NCBI GenBank assembly: GCA_963824095.1
Contig: CAWGNS010000009.1
Span: 128,256-192,255, forward strand
DNA length: 64,000 nt
Direction of reading: 5' to 3'
Source of the DNA: Terriglobia bacterium
GTDB lineage: Bacteria; Acidobacteriota; Terriglobia; Bryobacterales; UBA6623
Under the pieces are notes generated by a model. That model was not told where the DNA came from. It saw only the letters and a program-made list of their open reading frames with translations, and searched no databases. The translations under genes were made by a program, and so were the position numbers. Shown in pieces: positions 17,638-27,017 of the stretch (its first letter is position 1; each line of letters begins with the position of its first letter).

Positions 17638-19191
17638 TCACCTTGCTTGACGTTTGGTGACCTCGGCCGCGGTGCTGAGCACGGGCAGACCGGTCAGAGC
17701 CGCGATTTCGGCCGCGCTGCTGACCGCCCGGTTCCGGTGGTCGCGCACCACCGCCGCTCCCACTCCGGTGCAGCCGCCCAGCAACAGCCCCATCAGCATC
17801 ACCATCGCCAGCGGCCGCTCCGCCGGCAGCGCCGGTTCCCTCGCCGGCTCCACGATCGAGACGTGCAGCAACTGTTCGAGGTCCAGCGCCGTCGCGATGC
17901 GCGCCTGCTCCTTGCGCTCTTCGTAGCGCAGGTAGTTTTCCTCGGCCAGCTTCACCTTGCGCTCCAACGTGTCGTGCTCGGCCGTCAGCGACTCCAGCCG
18001 CGTCTGCCGGCTCTTCTGCTCGCCCAGCTTCTGCCGGAGCTCGCGCTGCCGCGCTTCCAGCCCCGCCAACTCGGTCTGCGTTCGAAAATACTCGGCTTCC
18101 ACCGACTGCCGAATCGGGTTCAACGCTTCGGTCTCGTCGACCACCACCGCCTGCTCTTCCTGCTCCAGCGCCTTCTTGGTGTCGGCCAGTTTTTTATCCA
18201 CCTCGACCACCAGCCGATAGCCCGGCTCGTAACGCGTCAGCAGCTCGGTGCGTTGATTCTCCAGATCCAGTAGCGAACTCTTGAGCTTTTCGATCAGCGC
18301 CTGGTTGCGCGCGCTGCGGCTCGCCGTCTTCACCGTCTCGGGTAGCTTCTCGCCCTGTTGCCGCAACTGTTCGAGGCGCCGCCGGCTCGATTGAATCTCG
18401 CCCGTCACCGACGTCAGCTCGGTTTCGAGCTCTTCGCCGCGCCGCAGCGCCGACGCCTTCTGTTGCTGCAACAGCGACACCTGGTTGGCCGTGCTGAAAT
18501 CGCCCATCCGCTCTTGCGCTTGTTCCAACTCGCCGCCGTGAACGCCGGCCTGTTCCTGGAAAAACTCCAGCGCCTCGCCGTGCCGCTCGATCGCCGCGCG
18601 CTTATCGAGATAGAGCGCCGCCAGGCTGTTGAGCACCTCGGCGGATTGCTTCGGGTTGCTGCCGGCATAGCGCAGCGCGATCAGGTTAGTGCTGGGCACT
18701 GCGCCCACCTTCAGATCGTCCGCCAGCCGCCGCACCGCCCGCTCGAGCTTCGCCGGCGAGCCATCCGCGGCCAGCCCTTCGCGCTGCGCCACCTGCGCCA
18801 GCAACTCATGGCTGCGCAACAACTCGACCTCGGAGCTCACTTCCTGGGGGCTCACCGGCCCGGCCTCGCCGACCGCCGCGCCTTCGGTTCGCTCGCGCTG
18901 CACCAGAATGCGCAGCTCGGCTTCATAGACCGGTGGCGCAAACAAGGCCCATAGCAGCATCGGCAGCACGACCGCCGCGAAGCCGGCCGCCGCCGCCCAG
19001 CGATTGCGCTCGATCATTTCCCAAAGCCGCCGCGCCCAATCCTTGCGGCCAAACTTCGGCGCCGTCCGGGGAACCGCCGCCACCAGAGCGCCGGGCTCTT
19101 CGGGACGCCGCACCAGCCGCACTTCGCGCCGCACGCGCCCCAGCAGGCCGATCACTCCCTCCCGCCGGGTGAGTTCCTTGCCCTCGTTCAT
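17638..19191 (-). CDS. Polysaccharide chain-length determinant (Wzz/GumC, PCP family)
   Basis: N-terminal TM WAAAAGFAAVVLPMLLWALFA. Long coiled-coil periplasmic region. C-terminal TM PLAMVMLMGLLLGGCTGVGAAVV. I prefer ATG 19191 (GGGGAG upstream) over track GTG 19254. Confidence 0.75.
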   Translation of the reverse strand: MNEGKELTRREGVIGLLGRVRREVRLVRRPEEPGALVAAVPRTAPKFGRKDWARRLWEMIERNRWAAAAGFAAVVLPMLLWALFAPPVYEAELRILVQRERTEGAAVGEAGPVSPQEVSSEVELLRSHELLAQVAQREGLAADGSPAKLERAVRRLADDLKVGAVPSTNLIALRYAGSNPKQSAEVLNSLAALYLDKRAAIERHGEALEFFQEQAGVHGGELEQAQERMGDFSTANQVSLLQQQKASALRRGEELETELTSVTGEIQSSRRRLEQLRQQGEKLPETVKTASRSARNQALIEKLKSSLLDLENQRTELLTRYEPGYRLVVEVDKKLADTKKALEQEEQAVVVDETEALNPIRQSVEAEYFRTQTELAGLEARQRELRQKLGEQKSRQTRLESLTAEHDTLERKVKLAEENYLRYEERKEQARIATALDLEQLLHVSIVEPAREPALPAERPLAMVMLMGLLLGGCTGVGAAVVRDHRNRAVSSAAEIAALTGLPVLSTAAEVTKRQAR

Positions 19192-19308
19192 CGCTGCCGC
19201 TTCTCCCCGTTCTATCTCGTGAATGTGCTTCGAACGCATTTTAGTGGGAACCACACAAGTCGTTTGCCCGGATTCCGAGTCCAGGCCTTCGGCGCCCGGC
19301 CGCGGCGC

Positions 19309-20040
19309 CTAGAACAAAAACAACGGATTGAAGAACAATCCCAATTTGCTCGCTTCCATAAATTTTTGAACCTTGCCCAACTTCGAACGCGAGACATAGA
19401 TCGAATCGCCGGGTTTCAGCGCGACGTCTTCCCGCAGGCCGTTCTGCAGGGCTTCCTTGAAGTTGATGCGCCGGGTCTCAACCCAGTCTTTGGAGACGCG
19501 GCGGAACAGCAACACTTCATTGGTCTGCGCCCCGGGGCCGAAGCCGCCGGCGACCTGGATCGCCTCGCTCAGCATGATCTCGCCCCTAAGATCGTAGCGG
19601 CCCGGTTTCCCCACTTCGCCGCCCACGATGTAGTGGGGCATGCTGAACTCTTTCAGAATGACGCTCACCACCGGGTCGCGTAGTTTTTCGCTGTAGGCCT
19701 GCACGGTGGCGTCGCGCGCCTCTTGCACGGTCATGCCGCCGATCTTGAGCTCGCCCGCCTCCTGCAGCGGGACGTAGCCGTCGGGTTGCACTCGGACGCT
19801 TTGGTTGAACTCGGGAGTAAAGCGAAACTGGAACTCGACCACGTCGCCGGGCTGGATGCGGTAGCGGTCTTCCCGCCGCGCGAAGCCGGGAACGGTGGAC
19901 TCCTGGCCGACGGCGGCGGTGTTGCCCGAGTTTTCGGCGCCGTAAACCGGAAGGATTCCCAGCAGCGCCGCCAGAGCCCAGCCGAGCGCTCGCGGTCCGC
20001 TTACCCCGATCCGGTTGCGGGCGAGAGGTTTGTTGCACAT
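19309..20040 (-). CDS. Polysaccharide export protein (Wza-like, Poly_export + SLBB)
   Basis: YRIQPGDVVEFQF, VRVQPDGYVPL, GELKIGGMTVQEARDAT and GRYDLRGEIMLSEAIQVAGG motifs. Signal-like ALGWALAALLGILPVYGA from ATG 20040. The track start is GTG 20112. Confidence 0.75.
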   Translation of the reverse strand: MCNKPLARNRIGVSGPRALGWALAALLGILPVYGAENSGNTAAVGQESTVPGFARREDRYRIQPGDVVEFQFRFTPEFNQSVRVQPDGYVPLQEAGELKIGGMTVQEARDATVQAYSEKLRDPVVSVILKEFSMPHYIVGGEVGKPGRYDLRGEIMLSEAIQVAGGFGPGAQTNEVLLFRRVSKDWVETRRINFKEALQNGLREDVALKPGDSIYVSRSKLGKVQKFMEASKLGLFFNPLFLF

Positions 20041-20145
20041 GACTTTTCTGCGGGGAGGGCTGTTAAGCCTCTTTACACCCAAGGCCTCGCGATGCGTTTC
20101 CGAGACGCACACACGGCGGCAGACCCTCCGACCGCCGCTTTCACC

Positions 20146-20161
20146 TGCAAAGGGACCACCA
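20146..20161 (-). promoter_or_regulatory. Candidate sigma-54 (-24/-12) promoter upstream of the EPS export genes
   Basis: The minus strand reads TGGTGGTCCCTTTGCA. GG and GC have the canonical 12-nt register of TGGCAC-N5-TTGCA, and the TTGCA half is perfect. It lies about 105 nt upstream of ATG 20040. An 8-position match like this is expected roughly by chance once or twice in this window. Confidence 0.3.
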
Positions 20162-20401
20162 AACGAGAAAGGACGGAGAGAATGGGCTTGTGGCTGCCAA
20201 GTTATTGATTGTAAGTGTGTTCCATTCCGGAGGGTCGGGTGCGCGCCCGGCTCTTGGGAGGCAGCCGGCCGGCGACACTGACGTGGCCATCCTGAAACCC
20301 TGACCTTTGCATCAGACCCACGGTCCTGGGGAGGGCTCCCCGGCAGGGTGGCGCACCTACCTCCCGGCGGGGGCCCGTCCGCTCAAGGTGGTTGGGTGGG
20401 G

Positions 20402-21289
20402 CTATTCCTTGGGGTGTTCCTGCAGGAATTTCAAAAACTGGGCGGCGATGGGGCTGAAGCGCTTCTTACGGCGGTAGAGGATACCCACCGGGCGCACCAG
20501 GCCTTCGGCCTCCAACGGCAGCGCCATCATCCGGCCGTCGGCCACCTCCTGGCGCACGGTGCGGTCGGGCAGGATGCTGATGCCCGAGCCGATCGAGACG
20601 GCTTCTTTGATCATCTGGATGTTGTCGAATTCGAGCACGATGCTGCGCTGCACGCCGTGCTCGCGAAAGAATCGGTCCATCGCCTTGCGGATCGACAGGT
20701 CCGGATCGAAGCTCACGAAATTGCAGCCGTCCAGGTCGGCCGGTTTGACACTGGTTTTCTTCGCTAGCGGGTGGCCTGGGTGGCACACCAGCACCATCGT
20801 TTCGAGTCTCCAGGGGATCGCCTTGATCTCTTTGCCGGGGTTGGGGTAGCTGATCAGGCCAAGGTCCGCTTGATCAGCAAAAACCGCCTGGTAGACCTTG
20901 TCGGGACGCATGTATTCAAGGTGAATGTGGGCCTGGGCGTGGAGTTCCTCGAACTGCTGGGTGATCTGCGCCATCTCGTACAGGCCGATGGAGTAGATCG
21001 AGGCCACGCGTACCGCCCCGACCAGCTCCTTTTTGAGCGCCTCGATCTGCGACTCGGCCTCCTCGTAGCGACGGACGATGTCGCGGCAGGCGGTGAGGTA
21101 GAGCCGGCCGGCATGGGTCAGCCGCAGCGGCCGGTTGGCGCGGTCGAACAGCTCGACGCCGAGGTTCTTTTCGAGGTGCTTGAGGTTCTGGCTGGCGGCC
21201 GACTGGCTGATGCTGTTCATGGCGGCGCCGCGGCTGATGCTGTTGGTTTGGGCGATGTCGCGGAAAACCTTGAGGTGCTCGATCGTCAC
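20402..21289 (-). CDS. LysR-family transcriptional regulator
   Basis: N-terminal wHTH MTIEHLKVFRDIAQTNSISRGAAMNSISQSAASQNLKHLEKNLGVELFDR. LysR substrate-binding domain follows. GTG start at 21289. Confidence 0.85.
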   Translation of the reverse strand: MTIEHLKVFRDIAQTNSISRGAAMNSISQSAASQNLKHLEKNLGVELFDRANRPLRLTHAGRLYLTACRDIVRRYEEAESQIEALKKELVGAVRVASIYSIGLYEMAQITQQFEELHAQAHIHLEYMRPDKVYQAVFADQADLGLISYPNPGKEIKAIPWRLETMVLVCHPGHPLAKKTSVKPADLDGCNFVSFDPDLSIRKAMDRFFREHGVQRSIVLEFDNIQMIKEAVSIGSGISILPDRTVRQEVADGRMMALPLEAEGLVRPVGILYRRKKRFSPIAAQFLKFLQEHPKE

Positions 21290-21292
21290 AAT

Positions 21293-21307
21293 ATAAGTAT
21301 ATCTTAT
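21293..21307. promoter_or_regulatory. LTTR-box-like palindrome ATAAG-TATAT-CTTAT (T-N11-A)
   Basis: Perfect 5-bp half sites in an unusually AT-rich patch (21290-21325). It starts only 4 nt upstream of the LysR GTG start. Confidence 0.4.
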
Positions 21308-21468
21308 TTAATAAACCAGCAGGAAGAAGGTTTGCGGCTATCGACGCCGGTTTGCGGTTGTGAGGTTTCGTGGAGAGGCCCTGTGGGCCCTGGCCGTGGT
21401 ACTGGCTGTGGCGCGGGCCTCTGGCCGGCAGGGCCCGCGCCACGCTCGTCGACCTGCGCTGGGAGCGG

Positions 21469-21894
21469 TCAGTCGGCCGATTGACGGCGCAGCGACCGCG
21501 CCAGGCTGTCGACCAGGGTTTCGATCTGTTCGCGGACGCGGCGGTATTTGCGCAGCGAGCGGCCCATGGGGTCGGGGACCGGCCAGATCAGGTTGCCGCC
21601 CTCGTAGCCGGGCAGCATCTGGAGAATCCCCGAGCCGCTCATGTTGACGACCAGGTCGGCGGTTCGCCAATCGACGTCGCGGATCGGTTTGGGATGCTGG
21701 TCCGCGATCGAAATGCCGGCCTCGGCCATCACTTCGATGGTTTGGGGCTGGACGATGGGGGCGGGAAGCAGGCCGGCGCTCATCGGAAGCATCAGGTCGG
21801 GATAGCGGTAGCGCGCGAATCCCTCGGCCATCTGGCTGCGGCAGGAATTGCCGATGCAGATGAACAGGACACGATACTGCTTCGGCTCGCCCAC
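21469..21894 (-). CDS. Low-molecular-weight protein phosphatase (LMW-PTP/ArsC-like fold, PTP-type)
   Basis: P-loop VLFICIGNSCRSQMAEG (CX5R). It lacks the downstream Cys pair of thioredoxin-coupled ArsC. The GTG start lies 3 nt after the pdxT stop. Confidence 0.8.
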   Translation of the reverse strand: MGEPKQYRVLFICIGNSCRSQMAEGFARYRYPDLMLPMSAGLLPAPIVQPQTIEVMAEAGISIADQHPKPIRDVDWRTADLVVNMSGSGILQMLPGYEGGNLIWPVPDPMGRSLRKYRRVREQIETLVDSLARSLRRQSAD

Positions 21895-21897
21895 GGT

Positions 21898-22485
21898 TCA
21901 GTCGTGACTCCGGGCCAGGTCGAGAAACAGACGGTGGACGCGGTCGTCGGCGGTCAGCTCGGGGTGAAAGGTGGCGGCCATGTGGTGACCCTGCTCGATG
22001 AGCACGGGGTCGTCGCCCTGGCGTGCCAGGACCTGCACGTCGGGGCCGACGCGGCGGATGATCGGCGCGCGAATGAACACGCCTTCGACCTCGCCGGGCG
22101 CGGTGCGCCGCAGGAACTCGTCGCTGGCGTCGAGGCGTCGGATGGAGCTATCCACCTGGCGGCCGTAGGCGTTGCGCTCGACGGCGATATCGAGCAGGTC
22201 CAGGGAGCGCTGCTGCGGCTGGCTGACCTCGTTGGCCATCAGGATCGTTCCGGCGCAGGTGCCGAACAGCGGGCGCCGCGCGGCGAACTCGGCGAGCGGG
22301 TCGAACAGTTTCTCCTCGTCGAGCAGTTTCAGCATGGTGGTGCTTTCGCCGCCGGGCAGGATCACGCCGTTCAGGCCGTCGAGCTGCGCCGGTTCGCGGA
22401 CGTAGACCACTTCAGCGCCCAAGCGATCGAGCACGCGTCCGTGCGCCGCAAAATCGCCTTGCAAGGCAAGCACACCGATCTTCAT
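21898..22485 (-). CDS. pdxT: Pyridoxal 5'-phosphate synthase glutaminase subunit PdxT
   Basis: MKIGVLALQGDF..., ILPGGESTTM, FGTCAGTILMA (catalytic Cys) and ATFHPELT motifs. Confidence 0.9.
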   Translation of the reverse strand: MKIGVLALQGDFAAHGRVLDRLGAEVVYVREPAQLDGLNGVILPGGESTTMLKLLDEEKLFDPLAEFAARRPLFGTCAGTILMANEVSQPQQRSLDLLDIAVERNAYGRQVDSSIRRLDASDEFLRRTAPGEVEGVFIRAPIIRRVGPDVQVLARQGDDPVLIEQGHHMAATFHPELTADDRVHRLFLDLARSHD

Positions 22486-22537
22486 GTGGGCAACCCGCGT
22501 GTGGCGGTCACGGTGCGGACTCCGGCGAAGGCGGCGC

Positions 22538-23422
22538 TCACCATCCGCGGGTTGACATCAACTCGGCCTGCGGTAGTTTCGAGGTTTCCAGGCCGGGCAT
22601 GGCCTCGCCGAGCTCGTTGCTGGCTTGGAGCACCTTTTCCGGATCGTTGAAGAACGTGGTGGCCTTGACGATGGCGCGGGCGCGAGCGTCGGGGTCGGAG
22701 GACTTGAAGATACCCGAGCCGACGAAGACGGCCTCGGCGCCGAGCTGCATCACCAGCGCGGCGTCGGCGGGTGTGGCGATGCCGCCGGCCGAAAAGTTCG
22801 GCACCGGCAGCTTGCCGTGCTCGGCGACATATTGCACCAGCTCGCGGGGCGCCTGCAGCTCTTTGGACGCCGTCCCCAGCTCTTCCTTGCTCATCACGCT
22901 GAGCTGCTTCATCTGCTTCTGGATGGCGCGCATATGGCGGACGGCTTCGACGATATTGCCCGAGCCGGCCTCGCCCTTGGTGCGGATCATCGCCGCGCCT
23001 TCGCCGATGCGCCGCAGCGCCTCGCCGAGGTTGCGCGCGCCGCACACGAACGGCACCTTGAAGCCCCACTTATCGACGTGATTCTCTTCGTCGGCCGGCG
23101 TGAGCACTTCGCTTTCGTCGACGTAATCGACTTCGAGAGACTGCAGCACCTGGGCTTCGGCGAAATGGCCGATGCGGCATTTGGCCATCACAGGGATGCT
23201 GACCGTCTGCATGATCTCGCGGATCTTCGAGATGCTGGCCATGCGCGCCACGCCGCCCTCTTTGCGGATGTCGGACGGCACGCGCTCCAACGCCATCACG
23301 GCGCAAGCGCCCGCTTTCTCGGCGATGAGCGCCTGCTCGGCGTTGGTGACGTCCATGATGACGCCGCCCTTGAGCATTTCCGCCAAGCCGACTTTGAGCC
23401 GAAACTCTTCGGTCAGAAACAT
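22538..23422 (-). CDS. pdxS: Pyridoxal 5'-phosphate synthase lyase subunit PdxS
   Basis: [37 protein letters not shown] and [18 protein letters not shown] motifs. I chose ATG 23422, which has a GAGGTG RBS. The track start is 23440. Confidence 0.92.
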   Translation of the reverse strand: MFLTEEFRLKVGLAEMLKGGVIMDVTNAEQALIAEKAGACAVMALERVPSDIRKEGGVARMASISKIREIMQTVSIPVMAKCRIGHFAEAQVLQSLEVDYVDESEVLTPADEENHVDKWGFKVPFVCGARNLGEALRRIGEGAAMIRTKGEAGSGNIVEAVRHMRAIQKQMKQLSVMSKEELGTASKELQAPRELVQYVAEHGKLPVPNFSAGGIATPADAALVMQLGAEAVFVGSGIFKSSDPDARARAIVKATTFFNDPEKVLQASNELGEAMPGLETSKLPQAELMSTRGW

Positions 23423-23865
23423 AACGACACCTCGCTTCACGCAAAACGGGACCGCTTCTGGCGACCGTTGGGGAGACCTCCGGCGGGCTTGCGTGAAAGC
23501 CAGGCCTGTATCTCCCTCGCGGTGCTACGTGGCCAAGCCGGCTGACGGGCCAACCGGCGGGAACGGACAGCTACCCCTGTTCCTATGTTAGCGTTGGCCC
23601 GGCAGCGCAGCAAGAGATGCCGTGGATGATTTGAAGGGGCCGGTGGCGGCGGGGTTGGGGCGAGTTTGAGGGATGCTGACGGCGGCGGCCGTTTTGGGGG
23701 CGGTGGGGAGACAGGCACCCGTTTAGAGAAAGGTCGTGGAGACGGAGGCCTATGTAGAAACAGGTGCTCTCGCCTGTCGCCGCCGTCAGGCGGCTTCTTG
23801 CCGGCTACGGAAAGACCGGATTCAGACCTGGCAGTGGTCCCTCTCCATCGCGGCTTCGGTGGCGT

Positions 23866-23925
23866 GGGGCCCTACGTCGCGACGAATCGTCGACGCGGCA
23901 AACCTGGAGGTTCACGCCACGGGTG
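23866..23925. repeat. Family-4 repeat (GGGGCCCTACGTCGCGACGAATCG..GCGGCAAACCTGGAGGTTCACGCCACGGGTG), copy 1
   Basis: About 60-nt unit. Close copies lie at 33335-33394 and 40361-40406, with an inverted copy at 40209-40254. Confidence 0.6.
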
Positions 23926-24061
23926 CCGCTTCCGGCTTCGGTTGCTCCTTGGAGTACTGGTTCCGTCGCACGCCAAGAGGGCCTAACTCCAGGCCTCGCC
24001 GTTCCATGGCGAGGGACCGGTGGGCGCGCCTGTCTCTACTTTGGATTGCCTCGAGTCGGGA

Positions 24062-24625
24062 TTATTTCAGGTGGGGGAGCATTTGCTTGAACTCGGGGCG
24101 GCTGCTGTTTCCCAGCAGCTCGTAGATCGCCATTTCGGTGGAGCTGACGGTCGCGCCTGCGTCGCGCATGCGATCGAGGCCGAGTTGGCGGTTGGCCGGC
24201 GAGCGCGAGCCTACGGCGTCGGAGACGACGTGGACGTTGTAGCCGTTGTTGAGCGCTCCCAGGGCGCTTTGCATCACGCAGATGTGCGATTCGACCCCGG
24301 CCAATAGCAGCGTGCCGCCCGGGGGCAGTGTTTGCGCCAGCGCGACGCGGAAGGGGTCGTCGCCGAGGCAGCCGAAGCTGACCTTGTCGAGCGCTCCCGG
24401 CTCACCGAGCAGCTCCTTGAGCGACGGCACGATATCTCCCAGTCCCTTGCGGTATTGCGTGGTCGCCAGGGTTTTGATCTCGAGCGCTTTCGCCAGGTGG
24501 AGCAATTTGGTCGTGTTGGCCACGATCTCGTCGCGACCGTCGATGGCGGGGAGCAGCTTTTCCTGCAGGTCGATGACGATCAGGGCCGTCGAGCGGGGAT
24601 GGATCAGGACGCGGGGGCGCGGCAT
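24062..24625 (-). CDS. Isochorismatase-family cysteine hydrolase
   Basis: ALIVIDLQEKLLP and LLLAGVESHICVMQSALGALNNGYNVHVVSDAVGSR (catalytic Cys context). Confidence 0.8.
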   Translation of the reverse strand: MPRPRVLIHPRSTALIVIDLQEKLLPAIDGRDEIVANTTKLLHLAKALEIKTLATTQYRKGLGDIVPSLKELLGEPGALDKVSFGCLGDDPFRVALAQTLPPGGTLLLAGVESHICVMQSALGALNNGYNVHVVSDAVGSRSPANRQLGLDRMRDAGATVSSTEMAIYELLGNSSRPEFKQMLPHLK

Positions 24626-24725
24626 GTTTCGATTGTAGCCAGCCGGGGCGGTGGACCGGCCGTGGTCTTGGTCCCCGGTGCCTGGTGGGCTACACCCGGG
24701 GCCGCTGCCGGGGACCGGGACGAGG

Positions 24726-25175
24726 CTAGGCCGGGTCGGGCCGCGGCGGCTTGCGTGGTACGTCGTAAAATAGGGCGTTTCTTTCGCGCAGGAACGTCGA
24801 GAAACCCAGGCGTTCGAAAAAACCGGTGGCGCTGGTGACGGTGAGGATCTGCTTGATGCGCCGGGCGCGGGCCCTCTGCTGGCAGCGCTCCACCAGGCGG
24901 CGGCCGATGCCGTGCGCGGCGAAATCGGGATGCACGGCCAGGCTGCGCACCTCGGCCAGCCGCCGCGAATAAACCTGCAGCGCGCAGCAGCCGACGATGC
25001 GGCCGTTCACCACGGCCACCAGGAACGAGCGCAGCCCCGGCAGATCTTCGTACATCAGCTTGTCGGGATAGAGGCGAACGAGCTCGCGGATCGCGGGCAG
25101 TTCTCCGCGGCGCGCCGGGCGGATTTCGATGGCAGATGCTTTGAGGGACGTGGAGGCAGGCCCCGAATTGCTCAT
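24726..25175 (-). CDS. GNAT-family N-acetyltransferase
   Basis: Acetyl-CoA binding region LAVHPDFAAHGIGRRLVERCQQRA. C-terminal FFERLGF. Confidence 0.8.
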   Translation of the reverse strand: MSNSGPASTSLKASAIEIRPARRGELPAIRELVRLYPDKLMYEDLPGLRSFLVAVVNGRIVGCCALQVYSRRLAEVRSLAVHPDFAAHGIGRRLVERCQQRARARRIKQILTVTSATGFFERLGFSTFLRERNALFYDVPRKPPRPDPA

Positions 25176-25227
25176 CGGGGCCTACTCGACGCTGGCGCTG
25201 GACCGCTGCCTCCGGTCATGAAGATCC

Positions 25228-26562
25228 TCAACTGACCACGGGCCGGTCGACGATCTGCTCGTTCTTGCGGTCCCAGAACACTTTCTTGCCACCGCGGTAG
25301 CTCATATTAGCCATCACGACCGCGACGGCGTGGGCGAAGCCGGTGTCGATGCTGCCGTTGGGCGTCTTGCGGCTGCGCATGCACTGCAACCAGTTGTCGG
25401 TGTGGTATTGCAGATTGTCGCTTTGCTCGATGGGCGGCGGCTCGGGACGGCCCGGCAGAGTCACCGGTTCGGCCTCGACTTTGCCCACCTTCAGGCTGAA
25501 GACGCGGTTGGAGCGCCAGCCGCTGTGGGTTTCGGGCTGGAACCACCATTGCGGGCAGCCTTCGCCGCCCGGCGAAAACAGCGTGCCGCGCGTGCCCCGG
25601 ATGATGGTGTGGTCGCCGTAGCCGTTGCCAAACGTCGTGCCGTAGCTGTAGAGCACTTCCTTTTCCTGAAAGGTGGACAGGCACTGGAAGGTGTCGGGAT
25701 TCTCGCGCACGTCGTGCCAGGCGAAGATGCCGCCGTTGGAGACGGTGTCGTCGGGGATGAACGTGTCCAGATAGAAATGGGCCAGGCCTGAGCCGTGGCT
25801 GTACCACTGGTCGGTGATGCCGCCGGAGAAATCCTTGAAAATGCGGAATTCGAAGTAGGCGACCGGATCGAACGGGCGCGGGGCGCGGCCCAGCAGCCAG
25901 CGGTTCCAGTCGGTATCCTGCTCGCGGATCGCGGCGACGTTTTCGTCTTTGGGCGTGTGCCAGCGGGGACCGTTGAAATTCCAGCTCTGGCTGATGGAGA
26001 CGATCTTGCCGAGCTTGCCCTCGCGAATCATCTCGCGCACGCGCTGCTGGTAGGGGTCGCTGAGCCACTGCGAGCCCATCTGCACGACCTGCTTGCTGGC
26101 CTTCACGGTGTCGCGCGCCAGCTTGGCGTCTTCGAGCGTGTTGGCCATCGGCTTTTCGCAATAGCAGTCTTTGCCGGCCTTGATGACTTCGGCCAGCACG
26201 CGCGCGTGCTGGAAATCGCCGGTGGCGATCATCACGGCGTCGAGCTCGGGGTCGGCGAGCAGCTCTTCGGAATATTGATACGTCTTGGGCCGCTTTCCAA
26301 ACAGCTTGTTGACGTCGTCGGCGGCGCGCTCGCGATTCACCGACCACAGGTCGCAGACGCTGCGCATGTCGAAGTTGGGGTCGGACTGCATGGACATCTT
26401 CATCATGCGGCGGTGACCGCTCGAGCGATGGCCGCAGCCGATCAGGCCGATCTGGATGCGGTCGTTGGCTCCCAGAATGCGGCCGTAGGACAGGGCCGAC
26501 ACGGCGACCGCGGTTTGCGCCGCTGTCCGCATCAGTTTTCTGCGCGTGATGGATTCGTCCAT
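25228..26562 (-). CDS. Gfo/Idh/MocA-family oxidoreductase with Tat signal
   Basis: Tat-like N-terminus ITRRKLMRTAAQTAVAVSAL. Rossmann motif IQIGLIGCGHRS. The EKP motif is CYCEKPMA. Confidence 0.8.
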   Translation of the reverse strand: MDESITRRKLMRTAAQTAVAVSALSYGRILGANDRIQIGLIGCGHRSSGHRRMMKMSMQSDPNFDMRSVCDLWSVNRERAADDVNKLFGKRPKTYQYSEELLADPELDAVMIATGDFQHARVLAEVIKAGKDCYCEKPMANTLEDAKLARDTVKASKQVVQMGSQWLSDPYQQRVREMIREGKLGKIVSISQSWNFNGPRWHTPKDENVAAIREQDTDWNRWLLGRAPRPFDPVAYFEFRIFKDFSGGITDQWYSHGSGLAHFYLDTFIPDDTVSNGGIFAWHDVRENPDTFQCLSTFQEKEVLYSYGTTFGNGYGDHTIIRGTRGTLFSPGGEGCPQWWFQPETHSGWRSNRVFSLKVGKVEAEPVTLPGRPEPPPIEQSDNLQYHTDNWLQCMRSRKTPNGSIDTGFAHAVAVVMANMSYRGGKKVFWDRKNEQIVDRPVVS

Positions 26563-27017
26563 GGGTTCGCCTCCGTGTGGTGTTTTGAGAATTCGTGTGG
26601 GAAACGCCGCTCGCGACTCGGGCGATGGGATCGAGCGGGACGCGGCGAGGTTTGTATGATTCTTTCACGGCGGCTTGCGAGGCGTCAACGACGGAGGGGC
26701 GGAAAAAGGCCTAGCGGCGAGGGCCGGTGGCCGGGAAGGCCCGCGTGAACGATGACCTTTTCCTGAGGTTTCCCTGAAGAAAGTCGACTGGCCCAAACGT
26801 GGCGCAGGCCTCCGGCGTCGGCGTCGGCGTCGGCGTGAGAGCCGATGTTTTCCGGGCTGGGCGAAAATCTTTGACCGCTTTGTTGCTCATCGGCCGCGGC
26901 GGGCTATCGCGTCTGCTGCTGAAGGTGATTCAAGGTATGGAAGAACGTCGACTGGATGTCGACGCCGCCGGCCGGAGGCCCGCGCCACGTCTGTGCCGCG
27001 CCACGTTTGAGTTGCTT

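Noticed and set aside
20186-20200. Minus-strand TTGGCAGCCACAAGC, a second sigma-54-like box upstream of the Wza-like gene
   Set aside because: The GG-to-GC spacing is one nucleotide too short (11 instead of 12).
26814-26837. Hexanucleotide microsatellite (GGCGTC)x3 + GGCGTG in the intergenic region upstream of the Gfo/Idh/MocA gene
   Set aside because: It is short and GC-rich, lies about 250 nt upstream of the Gfo/Idh/MocA start with no recognisable promoter or operator context, and has no second copy. It is likely incidental.
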